From NCBI RefSeq assembly GCF_036321535.1, contig NC_087437.1:53012001-53076000 (forward strand): DNA of 64,000 bases, in the 5' to 3' direction. Made by a program: the position numbers and the translations under genes. Every line of letters starts with the position of its first letter. Position 1 is the stretch's first letter. Source of the DNA: Camelus dromedarius. Its lineage: Eukaryota. The notes under the pieces are model-generated. The model ran no database searches and was not told where the DNA came from. It was given only the letters and a program-made list of their open reading frames with translations. This document shows, one piece after another, positions 26,463 to 39,865 of this stretch.

Positions 26463-28649
26463 GTTGATAGTAACTTCTGTAGGCACCCCCCCCCTTCCCA
26501 GACCCTCGGACTCCTACAAGTAGGGACTCCAGTGACCCCTATTTCCTCTCGGCCCCAGCACCACACTCACAGAAGAGATGCTCAACACGTTTTGGCCCAA
26601 TGAGGGCATGTGCTCAGCACTGCCCTTCTGGTCTTAAGTCAGTGGAGCCCCAGAAGGGTCTAGACCCTTCTCTGAGTGAGCAAGCTTATGTATGAGGTAG
26701 AGAGAGAAGAGTTTGGCACTGAAATGATGCCGCATAGAAGACAAAAAGGAAAAATCAAAGTGGGGAAAAAAATGTGTCAAAAGCCTGGTAGGTGGATTCT
26801 AAGAAAAAGTGGAGGCCAGGGCTAGGGCTGGGCAGGGAGAGAATATTCAGAATATTTTAGAGTGCATTTTGAAACAAGTAATAGGTGATGACTGGATCGC
26901 AGGAGATGTCACACTAGACTGAGGAGTTAAGGGCACGAGTGGGGAAGGTGAGAGTAAGGAAGCAAACAGTCAGACTGGACTGGTGTTTGGGGAGCAGAAT
27001 TGTATAAAGGGCTCTGAACGCAGAGCAGGTGAGTTTAAATTCTGTAAAATGGGATGTGGGTTGTGGCAGTAGCTTCTTGTGGGGCAGAAAGGGGACAAAA
27101 ACCATGAGCAGCTCCAGCTAGGGCGGGTCTGAGAGAAAGAGCTTCGGGATGGGCTGGGGGCTGCTGAGGACATCTGAGGAGGGGTCATCTCGGGGCCCAA
27201 CTGGGAACTGAGGAACAAGGGGGTAGCAGGTCTCTAGGCCACTCTCCCACCCCCCAGTCAGTAATGAGGTGGGACGCAGGGGCTCCCATTTGGTTCGACA
27301 ACGAGCTCACTCCTGGGCTCGGAGAAGAGGATGCGTTTGTCAGCCCAGACAAATGAGGCTGCCTTCTGTTTTTAGAAAACTTTGCAAGACATTCCACAAT
27401 ACTTCTCTCAATAACTCATTTGAGCCTTTAATATGTCTCCAAGCCAGGAGATTCTTCCTCCCATTCCAAACGGCAATTCCTCATTTTAGAAGCACATTTC
27501 CCCCTTCTCATTCTTTCCTTAGCCGAGATGAAGAGTAAAGAGGAACGGCCACTATTTCCTGTTGTGAATCCTTCACACACTCGAGGTCCATTCCCAGCAC
27601 ATTCTCCGCTTCTCTGCTCCAGGAAAAATTATTTAAAAAAAAGTTTTCTCATAGGTCCTGTTAACTGTCTCTGTGACTCTTCTCTTGTCTCTTTCCTGAG
27701 TACTTCTTTGGACATGGGGCACCAAACTGAGCACTCAGAGAGGCAGGGAAATGTAGTGGTGGGATGAGTGTAGGATATGGAGTGAGACAGACTGGGTATG
27801 AATAGCCCCTCCCCTGTTAACTAGTTGTATGTTCTTGAGCAAGTTGCATAAACTCTCTGAGTCTCAATGTTCTCATCTGTAAAATGAATCAATACTATTT
27901 ATTTATCTTCTACCTGGGGAGCTGTGCCAGTTAAAAATGATGTCTGTGAACTTCTTGAAAGCCTTCAATAAATGACAGCTCCTATTTTTAGTATGGTTTG
28001 GAGCCATGCTGATTACATTGGGAATACCACCTTTCTAAGCACTTTAATACACTCTGATAGGCATACATGCTTAAAAAACTATACCGCTGAAGAATTCAGG
28101 TGGCAATTCTTGCCTCTGGTGGTCATATAAAACACAAACTGATCTTTTTCAGATACAGCAAAGCTATATACAGGACCAGGAACTGTGCTAAGAGAATCGT
28201 ATTTTTATATTTACTCTCCACAAAAGTAGAACTACATGACACATCAAGTAGTTATTTCATTTTCAAAGGGACTTGAGTAATGATACCTTTAAAATTCTCA
28301 TATTAACTGAACAAAATCATTGGAATTTTTTACACTGGAAAAGAATAGTAAGACTCCCACTGCATGTAAACTCACTCCAATCAGCTCCTTTATATCATTT
28401 TTCTTTCATAACCTGTAAGTGCTACTGGGCTAACAATGTTTTAAATGTTTTAAACAATGTGATCTTAAGTAAATAAAACTGCGCAGTGAAGCGCTGAAGG
28501 AAAATGTTAATAGTGCTCATGATGGGGGAGGGACAATATGATTTATTTGTCTACAATAAACCTTTACTTGTATAAAGAAAACTTGCTCAAAAATAGTACA
28601 TACAATTTTATAAAGACATATTAGCATAATTATTTAAAAATATGTATAT

Positions 28650-28801
28650 GGGGGAAGGGTATAGCTCAAGCAGTAGAGTGCACGCTTAGCATGCATGAGG
28701 TTCTGGGTTCAATCCCCAGTACCTCCTCTAAAAATAAACAAATAAGCCTAATTACCTCCCCCTACCAAAAAAAATTAAATTAAAATAAAATAAAAAAAAT
28801 T
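28650..28801 (+). mobile_element. tRNA-Ala-derived SINE (camelid Vic-1 type) with A-rich tail
   Basis: A box tagctcaagcag, AGC anticodon-like loop cttagcat, B box ggttcaatcc; TSD AAAAATATGTATAT at 28636-28649 and 28802-28815. Confidence 0.9.
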
Positions 28802-29305
28802 AAAAATATGTATATTAAGTAAACTGCTAGAATGCACCAAAATGGCAATATTATGTTTTTGAGTGATGGGAGTATGAGTGACTGGTTTTTTCTTATTTTG
28901 ACTCTTCTGAACTTTACAAATTATTAATAATGATTTTGAAATACACTATGCTGTCATACTATATGATGCATTAAGTTATATAATACTATTATTATTTTAT
29001 TGAAAAAACTTTGTCAAGATAAATGAAGAAAAACAACATGCTTTATATTGCTACATTGAGACTCATACCCTATGACCAATAGTAATTATCTGTCTCTCTT
29101 AGAGAATCTCCAAACCTTCGAATTTTAATGGCTTTTCAGAGTCATCTAACATGACTATTATCTGATGTGGATTCTGTCTTTGTAATAATAAGAATATTAA
29201 TAATATTAATAATAGTAGCTATCAGTAATGTGCCACGCCTTTGTAATAAGTATTTAAATGCACTTTTTTTTAGATCTTCAAAATAATTCTATGAGATAAG
29301 GCACT

Positions 29306-29823
29306 TGTGACAGGGGGAACAGTGTCTTGAAGAGGTCCATCTTCTTATTCCTGGAACTTATGAATACGGATATGTTAGGTTACATGGCAAAGGGCACCTG
29401 AGGGTGCAGGATGGAATCTGAACTGGCACTCTGCTGACCTTGAGATGGAGAGATTATCCTAGATTATCTGAGTGAATCCAGTGTCATTACAAGGGTCCTT
29501 TTAAGTAGAAGAAGGAGACAGAAGAGAGCCTGTCAGAGAGATACAACGCGATGAAGAGTTGACTGGCCATTGCCGACTTTAAAGACAGAAAGTGGCCACA
29601 AGCCAAGGAATGTGGGCAGCCTTTAAATGCAGGAAAAGACAAGGAAGTAGATTCTCCCCTAGAGGCTCTGGAAAGGAATGCAACCCTGATGATAGCCTGA
29701 GTTTAGTCCAGCGAGACCTAGTTCAGACTTCTGCCCTCTAAAACCATGATATAATAAATCTGTGTTGTTTTAAACCACTAAGTTTGTGGTAATTTGTTAG
29801 AGCAGCCATAGGAAACTAATACA
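29306..29823 (+). mobile_element. ERVL-MaLR solo LTR (MLT1D-like) nested in a MIR
   Basis: TG...CA termini; ttacatggcaaaggg, gagattatcct, aagccaaggaatgtgggcagcct, ccactaagtttgtggtaatttgtt...ggaaactaataca; MIR halves at ~29230-29305 and ~29824-29960. Confidence 0.85.
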
Positions 29824-32800
29824 GTATTATATTCCCATCTTACAGGTGAGCAGACTGAGGTTTAGAAGAGTAGCTTGGTCAAGGTCACATGTAGGTGGTG
29901 GTCAGTGACAACTCCAGCATTTGAATCCAGGTTGTCTGATGACAGAACCTGCACTCTTGGGCACTTGGCTCCACTGAGCCCCAGAATGATTGTCCAGCCC
30001 TTGCTTGGGCATAAAACTGAAAACTCACCACCCTGCTCCCCTGTCCATTGGCCCCCTGCACTTGAGGATGGCCCTAAATGGTGGAAATGATGTCCTCTAC
30101 AGGGGGCTCAAACTGGTCCATCCAGTCACCCTTCCCATTGATTCATCATTCAAACTAACCTAATTCCTCTTTTATGAGAAATACTTTTTAAATATTTGAG
30201 GCTAATAATCACTTCTCCCTAAGTCTTCTCTTCTTTGGGTGAAACAATCCCCAATTCAGCCCTTCCTTATGAGACATGGTTTCAAATTCCAGCCCTTTCC
30301 CAACCTCTCCCTTCTGGAAAACAGCCAGACTGTCAACACCCATTTGAGGACCCAGCCAGTTGCTACCTTCCTCTGAATTTGTGTAATTTGATTTTCTTCC
30401 AGGAGGTTATCATGCTGACCTTAACCCTTCTGAACTCGATTATATACTGTATCTTGAGCTCTTTGATGGAAATATTTCTAGAGAGCAATCAATAAATAAA
30501 CACTGATAACTTTTGGACTATCTGGCCCAAAGACTTGAAAACATAGCTGGCTTTCAAGTTCCTTCAGATATTATCACAAACTGATTCCACTCTTTGTTGA
30601 CATGACTCATACCTTTCTTGTTCTAGCCTGGCTGGGGCTAGAAGAAAAGGCCTGTTAAGCTACAGTAAGGAACTGTTCCGGCAAACAAGCATATTTGTAA
30701 GGAGCCTTGAGCTATCAGAGGCTTCTCACTGTACCAGTCCGAGAAATTGTGCTTGTCCAGTCCCACACAGACTTGGGAGCCAGGAGGAACACGAAGGCAA
30801 CATTAAGAGTCAATGTCATTTCATCCCATTATATAAAATATTGTGACTCTTTAGAGCAGAGACCTGCACACAGATATTAATAACAACCTCCTAAAATCTT
30901 CAACCATCTACAACTTTAAATGGTCCACGTTGCTGTTCCCTCGTTTCTGCAAATAATCAAGGGCTGACTGTAAACAAATAAGACAGCCAAAAAAACCTGG
31001 TCTTCAGCAGTTGCGTAATGACGAATGCCTGGTGAAAAAACATGACCCCATATTTCATTCATTTCACTCACCGCATCTCTCTAGAGGAGGGGTGGGGACA
31101 GTGGGGGATGAAACAGTTTTGTGGGCTAGTGTATAAACATTCAACTAATTAAGTAAGTTGCTCTGTTAGACCTGACTTGTAGACTTTAAGGTACTTGAAC
31201 ACAAAACATAAGGTTTGCATTTCCTTTATAAATACCTCCAGGAGTAAGAATAAAAATAGAAAATCCCATAATCAACTTCATTTGGAGCTTTTCTGAATCC
31301 TAAATGTTTGGAAAAAAATAGTTTGTTTTACTGAGGGAAACAGTTTGGACCTCGGGGTACCTAGGGCAGGTCTTTCTCGAGGTGCCGAGTATTAGATAAT
31401 TCAGGCACAGAAGGAAGACTCCAACGGTGAGGATTTTAGCCCTGTCTGCTGCTGTTGTACATTTATGCTTTGGGAAAGTCAAATGTCTGGGCTGTAACAT
31501 CGAGCTCCCTCACAGGGCTCCAGGAAAGAACAGCTTAGAATAGTTTCATTTTTAGATAAAAAAAGAAAATCTGAAGTAAACGGTGATCGAGTTTATGCTT
31601 GTGACTGCAGAGCAGGCTACAGGTATTCAAGAAAGAAGGCCTTTTCGCTTCCCAGATTGTACGACTTGAGCTTTGCTGGCTTCTATTTTTGCCTCCCATA
31701 GAACATCGCTGTGTTCATCTAAAGTGGGAGACGAGGTGCTCGGTGGGTGAGGGGAGAATGAGCATCAATGAAGGAAGGGGAATCGCATCTCCAGTGTCAC
31801 ACTGCCTTAGGCCACCCACCTACCCACCAACTGTGCACTCCATGGCCCCAGCTGGTAGCCCAAAGGATCCATGCGGCACATGACACCAGTCCTGCAACTG
31901 TCCTTTACTCACTCTCACCCTGTTCCTCCTGTCCCCATGTCAGTGGGGCTCTGTGACCCTTACCTCGAACCTGCCTCTAGCCTGAACTTGGCATGTGGAC
32001 ATAGAATCGGTCTTCAGATCCCAGACTTCTGCCTCCTGGACATCCATGGAGCCAATGAAGGGAATTTTCTCTAAAGCCCTAGTCCTGTAGAATCCAACCC
32101 AATCCTAGCTAATTACTGCCATCCCTCCACCCATTAAGAGGAGGATTTGGACATATTCAATGTATCATAGCTGGAGCCTCCTCCAACTTTTCAGTTCAAG
32201 GGCCATGTTAATGAAGCAAAGACTCTATAACTGAATCCCATTTGCCACCCCATCAGAAAAGCCTTTTATTGTCAATGCTTTATTGCCAATTTAAGGCAAT
32301 GCTTTCCTCATGCTTGTCATTCAACAATACTCAAAAACAAACACTTCCTGAGAACCTACTAGGTGCTGTGCACTTACACACTATCTCATAAAATACAGCA
32401 ACCTTGCAAGATTTTCAAGGGAGGAAGCAAAGGATTAAAAAGATTAAGTCACTTGCCCAAGGTCACACAGCTAGTAAGTGGCAGAGCCAAGTTTTGATGC
32501 CAACTTAGACTATACCCTGCTGTCTCATTCTATAAATACCTATTAAGTGCTTAGTTATATGTGAGATGTATTTCCAACCTCTTAAGAACTCAGGCTTCAC
32601 TAGGGCTTGTGGGGAACCCCTCACCAACTACTCCACAGGCCTGGCTCCGAGAAAGTGAACACTCCAGAGCCTGTTAATTGCCCAAGGGCTATTGGGAAAG
32701 GTGGTCAGCTTCTGGTAGAAATAAAGCACTGTTTCGGTCCCTTTCAAGGACCTAACAGGAAATATCTTGCTTCAGCCTGAACTGCTGAGGGACATATTCA

Positions 32801-33199
32801 AGTGGATGGCACTCAACAGGTTTAGAATAACACATTCCTCAAGTGCTCAGAGTTTCTGACCAACAGTGCAAAAATATCATAGTTAGACTTCACTTTCTGG
32901 ACACTCATTAACAGTGACATTGGAAGTAGGGAGCTTTTATGTAAATGTTCCATACATACAAAACCCTTCACAGAGAGTTAATCCAGAAACTTCACTCTTG
33001 GATAGCTGGAAGACTTTGCTAGCCTTTTCAGCTCATCCGCAGACACTGACTACTGCCTATTTCAGGGACTGATAATCCCTCTCCCTTTCCCCCTAATTGG
33101 AACCCTCTTTCCTCCATTCTTTTACCTTTATTGAAAACTCCCCACTCTGTGAGGCCTGGCAAATGTGTCTTCTTTTTTTATTAACTCCTCTCTCCTTGT

Positions 33200-33348
33200 C
33201 AGGGCCAGCTCGTGAGTGTGAGATCTGTAGAGTCACATGGGGCCCCACCCTGAGAAGGGCCCTGACTTAAAACTCTTAATGGCTTTTGAACAAGGGGTCC
33301 CACATTTTCACTTTGCACTGAGCCATGCAAATCATGTAGTCAGTCCAG
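33200..33348 (+). mobile_element. hAT-Tip100 element (MER45A-like)
   Basis: cagggccagct...gagaagggccc...tttgaacaaggggtcccacattttcactttgcactg. Confidence 0.7.
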
Positions 33349-34557
33349 CTCCTTGGTGTGGACACAGATAGGGAGACGAGTCATACCACACAGGTAGTAA
33401 GACTGGTGGTACCCCCGTAGTCCCCCTTTGGAACTCAGCAGGCATCTTCCCATAGATATGACCCATAAATGTGGATCAAGCCGATAATAGCTCCACCCTC
33501 CTTAGCCTCAATTTCTCCACCTCTAAAATGGGAACAGTAGCACTTACCCTTACAGATTAATGCTAGCATTGGATGGGACCACGTATAAAGTGCCATCAGA
33601 ATGTTTGATACGCAGTTGGTGTTTGCTAAACGGAATCCATGGAAGACAGCAGGTGCAGAAAACTAGTTTGAACTCTGGAGTTAGGAGCTATCTTAAATCA
33701 TGTCGGCTTAATCCACTGCTTAAAAAGATGTATGACGATAATTGTGTGACTTAGCTTCTCCCAGCCTCTGTTCCTTTAACTGTAAAATGGGAATATTAAT
33801 ATTTACCTTGTAGGGTGATTTTGGGATTCAAATATTCTAACGTATTTAAAGAATCTAGTTTATCACCTGGCATTTCACAGGCACTGAAGAAATAACAGTT
33901 CTTAGTTTGGGTCTCATAATTATAACACTATTTCTTCACTCCACATGATTCATTTACAAGTGATGTTGGGATACAGCCTTAGTCAATGCCTTATACTATA
34001 CAGCTTCCTGTGTGCTATGTGACCTACAAAATGTAACCGCCTTGCATGTGAAAATCCTTTCGTAAAAAATATTTTAGGATTATTTTTCCTTCTTTGCTAG
34101 ACTATGAATTCTTCGAAGGCAGCAACCATGTCTTATTTACCCTTGTATCCTAGAACACCTTCTAACACATTAGATAATCTCAAGTGAATTAAATTTCTCT
34201 TTTGTTGTTTATGCCAACAATGAGATGATAAATTTCATAGCATTCCTAAATTAGCAATCAATGATTAGCCTGTTAATGATTAGGAAGTAGAATGTACCAA
34301 AAATAGCCCCATCCCTACCATTAAAGGCCTTTTAATCCTTGTCCATCACTCTTGGCTCATCCTCCAGCATCCTTGGGCCTGGTTCCTGCTCCATTAACAG
34401 AGCTATTCCACTAGGGAACATAACTTAGTTTTGTGCAAGCAACCACCTTCCCTGGCAACAACCTGTGTGGAGAGGCCACCAGGGGAAGAATTTCCTGAAA
34501 CCCCAACAGTTGAGTCATAATTTGTTGCCTCTTAGGACTCAAAAGAGGGTTCAGAAC

Positions 34558-34712
34558 TGTGACTTTTAACCATTTGAGGGTTTTGAGTCCCTTTGAGAAC
34601 ATTCTGATAGTTATGGACAGTCTCTCCAGAAAAGTGTATTCAATATCCTGTATACAATTTCAAGGTGTCCTCGGAGCTCCTGCAACCCTTGTACCTCAGA
34701 TTAAGAATTCTT
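34558..34712. mobile_element. Short hAT-Charlie relic (Charlie4z-like)
   Basis: ccctttgagaa...tatggac...tctccagaaaa...tacaatttcaagg...ttaagaattcttg. Confidence 0.55.
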
Positions 34713-34764
34713 GTTAATACTGTCCATAAAACCAAAAAAGCAATGCAAAAGATTCATTTGTCCT

Positions 34765-37700
34765 TACAACAAACAAAATAGAAATATAGAATATCATATG
34801 AGAATATTATGAAAAACTATATGGAACCAAACTGGATAACCTAGAGGAGATGGACAAGTTTCTGGAAACATACTGTCCACCAAAACTGAATCAAGAAGAA
34901 TCTGAACACTTGAACAATCCGATCACTAGAAAGGAAATAGAAATAGCAATTAAAAACCTCCCTACAAATAAAAGTCCAGGACCGGACGGCTTCACCGGGG
35001 AATTCTACCAAACATACAAAGAAGAACTCATACCAGTCCTTCTCAAACTCTTCCAGACGATTGAAAAGGAAGGAATACTCCCAAACTCATTCTATGAAGC
35101 CACCATCACCCTGATACCAAAACCAGGCAAAGACACTACAAAAAAAAGAGAATTATAGGCCAATATCACTGATGAACATAGACGCCAAAATCCTCACCAA
35201 AATTTTAGCAAATAGAATCCAACAACACATAAAAAAGATTATACATCATGACCAAGTGGGGTTCATCCCAGGGACACAAGGCTGGTTCAACATATGCAAA
35301 TCAATCAGTGTAATACATCACATCAACAAGAGAAAGGACAAAAACCACATGATCATCTCAATCGATGCAGAAAAAGCATTTGATAAAATTCAACACCCAT
35401 TTATGATAAAAACTCTCGCCAGAGTGGGTATAGAGGGAACATATCTCAACATAATAAAAGCTATATATGACAAACCTACAGCCAGCATAGTACTCAACGG
35501 TGAAAAACTCAAAAGCTTCCCACTAAAATCTGGGACAAGACAAGGATGCCCACTATCACCACTCCTATTCAACATAGTCCTGGAAGTCCTAGCCACAGCA
35601 GTCAGGCAAGAGAAAGAAATAAAAGGGATCCAAATTGGAAAAGAAGAGGTAAAAGTGTCATTATATGCTGATGACATGTTACTATATACAGAAAACCCTA
35701 AAAGGTCCACACAAAAGCTACTAGAGCTGATTGAAGAATTCAGCAAGGTAGCAGTTTACAAAATTAACGTTCAAAAATCAGTTGCATTTCTTTACACTAA
35801 CGATAAATCAACAGAAGAAGAAAGTAAAGAAACAATCCCCTTTAAAATAGCACCCAAAGTAATAAAATATCTGGGAATAAATCTAACCAAGGAGGTGAAA
35901 GAATTATACACAGAAAACTATAAACCACTGATGAAGGAAATTAAAGAAGACTTTAAAAAATGGAAAGATATTCCATGCTCTTGGATTGGAAGAATCAATA
36001 TTGTTAAAATGGTCACACTGCCCAAGGCAATCTACAGATTTAATGCAATCCCTATCCAATTACCCAGGACATATTTCACAGAACTAGAAAAAATCGTAAT
36101 AAAATTCATATGGAACCATCAAAGACCTAGAATTGCCAAAGCATTACTGAAGAGAAAGAAAGAGGCTGGAGGAATAACTCTCCCAGACTTCAGACAATAC
36201 TATAGAGCTACAGTCATCAAGACAGCATGGTATTGGTACCAAAACAGACATATAGACCAATGGAACAGAATAGAGAGCCCAGAAATGAACCCACAAACTT
36301 TTGGTCAACTCATCTTTGACAAAGGAGGCAAGAATATACATTGGAATAAAGACAGTCTCTTCAGCAAATGGTGTTGGGGAAACTGGACAGCAGCATGTAA
36401 AACAATGAAGCTAGAACACTCCCTTACACCATACACAAAAATCAACTCAAAATGGATTAAAGACTTAAACATAAGACAAGATACAATAAACCTCCTAGAG
36501 GAAAACATAGGCAAAACATTATCTGACATACATTTCAAAAATTTTCTCCTAGAAGAAATAAAAGCAAGAATAAACAAATGGGACCTAATGAAACTTACAA
36601 GCTTCTGCACAGCAAAGGAAACCAGAAATAAAACAAGAAGAAAACCTACGGAATGGGAGAAAATTTTTGCAAGTGAAACCGACAAAGGCTTGATCTCCAG
36701 AATATATAAGCAGCTCATACGACTGAATAAGAAAAAAATAAACAACCCAATCCAAAAATGGGCAGAAGACCTAAACAAGCAGTTCTCCAAGGAAGACATA
36801 CAAATGATCAAAAGGCACATGAAAAAATGCTCAATATCACTAATTATCAGAGAAATGCAAATCAAAACTACAATGAGGTATCACCTCACACCAGTCAGAA
36901 TGGCCGTCATTCAAAAATCCACAAATGACAAATGCTGGAGAGGCTGTGGAGAAAGGGGAACCCTCCTACACTGCTGGTGGGAATGCAGTTTGGTGCAGCC
37001 ACTATGGAAAACAGTGTGGAGATTCCTCAAAAGACTAGGAATAGACTCACCATATGACCCAGGAATCCCACTCCTGGGCTTGTATCCAGAAGGAAATCTA
37101 CTTCAGGATGACACCTGCACCCCAATGTTCATAGCAGCACTATTTACAATAGCCAAAACATGGAAACAGCCTAAATGTCCACCAACAGGTGACTGGATAA
37201 AGAAGATGTGGTATATTTATACAATGGAATACTACTCAGCCATAAAAACCGACAACATAATGCCATTTGCAGCAACATGGATGCTCCTGGAGAATGTCAT
37301 TCTAAGTGAAGTAAGCCAGAAAGAGAAAGAAAAATACCATATGAGATTGCTCATATGTGGAATCTACAAAACAAAAACAAAAACAAACAAACAAACAAAA
37401 ACAAAGCGTAAATAAAGGACAGAAATAGACTCACAGACAGAGAATACAGACTTGTGGTTACCAGGGGGGTGGAGGGTGGGAAGGGATAGACTGGGATTTC
37501 AAAATTGTAGAATAGACTACACTGTATAGCACAGGGAAATATACACAAAATGTTATGATAACTCACAGAGAAAAAAATGTGACAATGAGTGTGTATATGT
37601 CCATGAATAACTGAAAAATTGTGCTGAACACTGGAATTTGACACAACATTGTAAAATGATTATAAATCAATAAAAAATGTTAAAAAAAAAAAGAAAAAAA
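34765..37700 (+). mobile_element. Young 5'-truncated LINE-1 (ORF2 RT and C-terminal region, 3'UTR, poly(A)), antisense to DGKG
   Basis: ORF2 motifs YADD and CWRGC...HCWWEC; AATAAA + A tail; TSD AAAAGATTCATTTGTCCT at 34747-34764 and 37701-37718. Confidence 0.97.
34766..37415 (+). pseudogene. L1 ORF2 remnant (no endonuclease domain)
   Basis: In-frame stops at 34787 (TAG) and 34799 (TGA); +1 frameshift in the A8 run 35140-35147; then 747 open codons (35172-37415). Confidence 0.93.
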
Positions 37701-37996
37701 AAAAGATTCATTTGTCCTGAAATTCTAGCTCTGATTAGTCACATTCCTTTGTTCAAAACAAAACAAAACAGTTACAACTCCCTAGATTTAACCTTAGGGT
37801 TATCCCCAAGGGCCCAGTCCCAGGCCTTAATGGTAAGGGCATCCAGCCAAGCAGTGACTATTCTTTGGAAAACCTAAGTTCAGCCAGTAAAACAAAGCCT
37901 TGTTTGATAATATCGTTTATATTTCCAAATCCCGGGTATCAGGCTTTCTTCCTATCCCTTGTGGCCCTTCCTAAATTTAGCCACTGGTGTAATGGG

Positions 37997-38010
37997 GTAA
38001 CCATGGCAAC
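37997..38010. promoter_or_regulatory. RFX X-box candidate GTAACCATGGCAAC
   Basis: Exact fit to GTNRCC(N0-3)RGYAAC in non-repeat sequence. Confidence 0.5.
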
Positions 38011-39848
38011 AACCACCTGCCTATTTAAAACCATCTCCAAAGCTAAATAAGGAAGGCTGGGAAAAAATGGCTGCTCGCCTGCCTCTCAGTGGGCAAGTTG
38101 GGCACTCCTGGGCATTTTCAACACAAGCAAGCAGGCGGGGAGAAGCACCATGGACTCAAAGTTCTTAATGGGAAGTGTTCTGGGACCTTGTGAAACAGGG
38201 CCTACCACTATGCCACTGAGTCTTCATTCACCAGTAGGCACATGGATTTACATACAAATCCCCATGACTGTCATCCTAGGTGACCACACCACCTTGACCT
38301 CAACCAGGTGAAGGGTGAGGTGTGCAGCCAACTACAAAGAGTAGTCTTGTTGATGCAGTCTGGGAAGTGGGGAGGAAAAGCAGTCATTCAGCTCACAGTG
38401 AAATTGTTCATGATACTTGGCGCTGAAACGCAGAGTTACACCTTTTTTTCTGACAGAAGTATCTTCCTAACTGTACTTAACCATGTGGATGACTAATGAT
38501 TGCTCTATTTGTGTCATATATTGACCTGTCCATTGATTTCTGGAGTATGGAGAAATTCCTGCCTCCTTCTGCTTCCTTGCTCTCTACAAACAACAGAGGT
38601 TTTGTTTCTTTCCAGGAAGAGACCACACGACAGACCACAGTGAACCGCTTGCTCTTCCCCTATCCCTCCTTTGGATCTTTTTATACTCTTGGTTCCTCCT
38701 CCGTAGGTTGCCCTTCTCTTTCTGTCAACCTGGAAAGTACTTGTTTTCTGTGTCTTGGTTCAAGCATCTCTGTAGTTTGAAGACCCTCCACATCAAATTC
38801 TATGTCCTTGCTTTGCGTTACCTTGATTCACATCACTGAACATAAATCACTCTGCATTATCTGCTGTCTGGTCTTTCTCCCACCCCGGACTGTGAGTCCC
38901 CTAAACAAGTCTATCCAAAACACCTACACAACAGACCAGAGCCTGGTACTGTTCTCCAAAGATACATTCATTGAATGAATGAATGAATGAATGAACGAAC
39001 CCCTCCATGGATTTCACAAACATTTGGCATCTTAACAACCATGTGTACACGAGTATGCAGAAGGGTCCCCTGTGAAAAGATAGCATTAAAAGTCTGCACT
39101 GGAGGAAAGAGAAAGAGTACTTTTTTAAAAGTGATTTTTTGTGTATACATTACAGTGAAAAAGATTGCGAGAGGAGCATCCATTGATTTGCAAGTCTGTG
39201 GCTTTAGCAGGAGTAGGGGCTGAAAGTATACAAGTTAACAGTGTCTTATGAGTCGGCTTGGTGTGTGTGTGAGAAAGGACATCTTAAAAAGGTTAGCGCA
39301 GCTACTATTAGATCCCACAGATCACTTTTCCTGAAGTCTAAGTAGCTTCATTTTGTTCCGTTTCTGAGCCCTAAACACTTTCTTATTCTCGGTTAACCTT
39401 CCAGGCAGGCGAGGGCGGGGGAGGTAAGGAGGAGGAATGAAAATGATGGCGGTCTATGGGCGTGCCCGGCCTTAAATGAATGTGGGCAGTTAACACTGGG
39501 CTTCTGCTTTGTGGGCTAAATAAAGCCAAGTCCCATAGGCTCAACCTGAACCCAAATTAATACCCGCTCTTCTTCCCACCTGCCTGAGGGTGGGGTGGGA
39601 TCCAGCGGTCATTTGAGATGGTATAACAAAGAGGAAAAAGGATGCAAATTAACCACCGAGAAAAGTAACTTAAGAACTCCATGGGTTAAATCTATGCCAC
39701 TCATCGGCAGAAGGGTCTGACTTGGTCTGCAAAAGCGCTGATTCTCTCTTCCCTTTCGTTTCTGGACCTAACATCCAAATTTCAGAGGGCGCGCAGGCTG
39801 AGGCTGGGCTCCGGTGGGCTCCGGGCCGCCTCTGTGGGGCCTCCCTCT

Positions 39849-39865
39849 GCTGCCCTCTGCTGGCA
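39849..39865 (-). promoter_or_regulatory. CTCF core motif candidate TGCCAGCAGAGGGCAGC
   Basis: Matches CCASYAGRKGGCRS at all positions. Confidence 0.55.

Noticed and set aside
28650..28727. Functional tRNA-Ala gene (also 54200-54276)
   Set aside because: Extra 5' G-rich leader, mismatched stems, A-rich tail and TSDs indicate SINEs
35172..37415. 747-aa reverse-transcriptase ORF as a domesticated gene or novel RT system
   Set aside because: Ordinary L1 ORF2 fragment with TSD and poly(A); lacks promoter, ORF1 and endonuclease
35390..37644. Antisense ORFs of 118, 65, 186 and 97 aa
   Set aside because: Reverse-strand shadows of L1 ORF2/3'UTR, a common artefact
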